From Gaiellaceae bacterium (GTDB lineage Bacteria; Actinomycetota; Thermoleophilia; Gaiellales; Gaiellaceae): a stretch of 64,000 bases of DNA. Position numbers and translations under genes: made by a program. The DNA lies in assembly GCA_036560805.1 (NCBI GenBank), contig DATBQM010000018.1, positions 3,494-67,493 of the forward strand. The letters are read 5' to 3'. Below the pieces are notes generated by a model, which saw only the letters and a list, made by a program, of their open reading frames with translations, was not told the origin of the DNA and did no database searches. Every line of letters begins with the position of its first letter. Position 1 is the stretch's first letter. This document shows, in pieces, positions 62,612 through 64,000 of the stretch.

Positions 62612-64000
62612 ATGGGAGGGCCTGCCAGCCCGTCGTTGTCCGGCTCGCAGCTTGCGACACTCGCGGCGGCGGGCGAAGAACGGAGTGCAGACGTCGGTGA
62701 CGCGCTGTTCCGCGTCGGCGACGCGACGTATCCGTTCATCGCCATCCGCGAGGGCGAGGTCGCAATCCTCGATGCGGCCGGCAACGAGATCGTCCGTCAC
62801 GGAACCTCCAGCTTCCTCGGCGAGATGAACCTGCTGTCCGGCCAAACGGTCTTTCTTACCGCGGTGGTGACGAAGCCGCTGCGCTACGTCGCGGTCGACC
62901 GCGATGCGCTGCGCGCGCTTCTCTTCGACGACGGACAGCTCAGCGATCTCGTCCTATCGACGTTCATCACTCGCCGCGAGGCGCTCCAGCGCGTCGAAGG
63001 GATCGGCATCGAGATCGTCGGGCCCCACTCGTCCGAGGCGACCATGCAGATGCTCGAGTTCGCGCGCGCGAACCGGCTTCCCTTCACCTGGCGCGAGACG
63101 GCGCCGCCGGACGGAACGGAACCGCCGCTCGTGCGCCTCCCAGGCGGCACCGACTTGAAGCACCCGTCGCGAGGCGAGGTGCTGCGCGCGCTCGGAATCG
63201 GGCGCGAGCTGGCGCCGCGGGAGGAGGTCGACCTGCTCGTCGTCGGCGGCGGTCCCGCCGGCCTCGCCGCCGCCGTCTACGGCGCGTCGGAAGGACTCGA
63301 GACGTTGATCGTCGAGAGCACCGCGCTCGGAGGCCAGGCCGGATCGTCGCGCAGGATCGAGAACTACCTCGGCTTTCCCGCCGGCATCAGCGGCACCGAG
63401 CTGACGAGCCGCGCCGTCAGTCAGGCACGCAAGTTCGGCGCCCGGCCCGCAACCCCGTACCGGGCAATCTCGCTCGAGCCCGGCGACGGACGACACGTCG
63501 TACGACTGGAAGAGGAGCACGAGATCGCGGCACGCGCCGTCGTGCTCGCGACCGGTGCCGCCTACCGGCGGCTTCCCCTCGACGACCTCGCCGAGTACGA
63601 GGGCTCGAGTGTCTTCTACGCCGCCGGCCCGCCCGAGGCGCAGCTGTGCGGCGCCGCGCGTGTCGCGGTCGTCGGCGGCGGCAACTCCGCCGGACAGGCC
63701 GCCGTCTGGCTCGCTCGCGGCGGCGCGCTCGTGACGCTGCTCCACCGGCGCTCCGACGTGCACCAGACGATGTCCGACTACCTGGTCCGCGAGCTCGAGC
63801 GCTACGGCGTCGCCGTCCGCGACCGCAGCGAGCTCGCTGCGCTCCACGGCACGGCGGGCCGGCTCGAAGAGGTCACGCTCAAGAGCGGCGAGCGCCTCCC
63901 ATTCGCGTTCGTCTTCTTCTTCCTCGGCGCACAACCGTGCACGGAATGGCTCGACGACACCGTTGCACGCGCTGCCGACGGCTTCATCCTCACCGGCGAC
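62612..64000 (+). CDS. Cyclic-nucleotide-binding domain fused to thioredoxin-reductase-like FAD/NAD(P) oxidoreductase (3' end beyond the window)
   Basis: Not in the ORF track (no stop). Translation from ATG 62612 gives ...FRVGDATYPFIAIREGEVAILD...FLGEMNLLSGQ (cNMP-binding domain). Then DLLVVGGGPAGLAAAVYGASEGL...GGQAGSSRRIENYLGFP...VAVVGGGNSAGQAA. Confidence 0.8.
   Translation, partial: MGGPASPSLSGSQLATLAAAGEERSADVGDALFRVGDATYPFIAIREGEVAILDAAGNEIVRHGTSSFLGEMNLLSGQTVFLTAVVTKPLRYVAVDRDALRALLFDDGQLSDLVLSTFITRREALQRVEGIGIEIVGPHSSEATMQMLEFARANRLPFTWRETAPPDGTEPPLVRLPGGTDLKHPSRGEVLRALGIGRELAPREEVDLLVVGGGPAGLAAAVYGASEGLETLIVESTALGGQAGSSRRIENYLGFPAGISGTELTSRAVSQARKFGARPATPYRAISLEPGDGRHVVRLEEEHEIAARAVVLATGAAYRRLPLDDLAEYEGSSVFYAAGPPEAQLCGAARVAVVGGGNSAGQAAVWLARGGALVTLLHRRSDVHQTMSDYLVRELERYGVAVRDRSELAALHGTAGRLEEVTLKSGERLPFAFVFFFLGAQPCTEWLDDTVARAADGFILTGD

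Noticed and set aside
1-64000. CRISPR arrays, rRNA genes, transposases/IS elements, toxin-antitoxin pairs, reverse transcriptases and recognisable anti-phage defence genes.
   Set aside because: None were found while reading both strands. The only mobile-DNA signature is the tRNA-Thr integrase/att system.

Overview
High-GC (about 70%) chromosome segment with actinobacterial-type gene content: GTG/TTG starts and many 4-nt start/stop overlaps. All calls come from reading the ORF translations and the DNA by eye; no database search was run. Off-frame ORFs are abundant, so I called only those with recognisable protein motifs.

Layout:
- 1-7062: PilB/PilT-type type IV pilus cluster. It holds a pilin, a PilX-like Cys-rich protein, PilT, an SLT-M23 cell-wall hydrolase fusion, a PASTA protein, PilD and a minor pilin.
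- 7065-10466: geranylgeranyl reductase, tRNA-Tyr, rhodanese and a GH26-like secreted protein.
- 10664-17549: tRNA-Thr(GGT) followed by two further direct copies of its 3' half. These delimit two tandem islands. Island A carries a frameshifted integrase, PadR and an ABC/FtsX exporter. Island B carries a Gly-rich/HYR surface protein.
- 17834-22821: MFS transporter, ECF sigma factor plus a stand-alone LanC-like protein, DUF899 and DUF2182.
- 23012-30871: Liv-type amino-acid ABC importer, translationally coupled to an 812-aa Thr/Pro-rich surface protein and a small Cys-motif membrane protein.
- 31297-39088: SRPBCC/ArsR genes, a PspC/PspC-kinase/LuxR envelope-stress module, an orphan OppB permease, AraC and NRAMP.
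- 39114-50592: the most unusual locus. Five paralogous lipoproteins, each with two copies of a CMRxHGxxxFPDP...C module, surround a MacAB-like exporter operon. That operon also encodes a peptidoglycan-binding adaptor and a 4x Ig-like secreted protein. Two OmpR/histidine-kinase pairs flank it.
- 50589-57213: desaturase, KAS II and a flippase-like membrane protein, then GT4 and GH130.
- 57252-64000: hexuronate-type sugar catabolism genes and a truncated cNMP-binding thioredoxin-reductase-like gene.

No CRISPR array, rRNA or transposase was seen.
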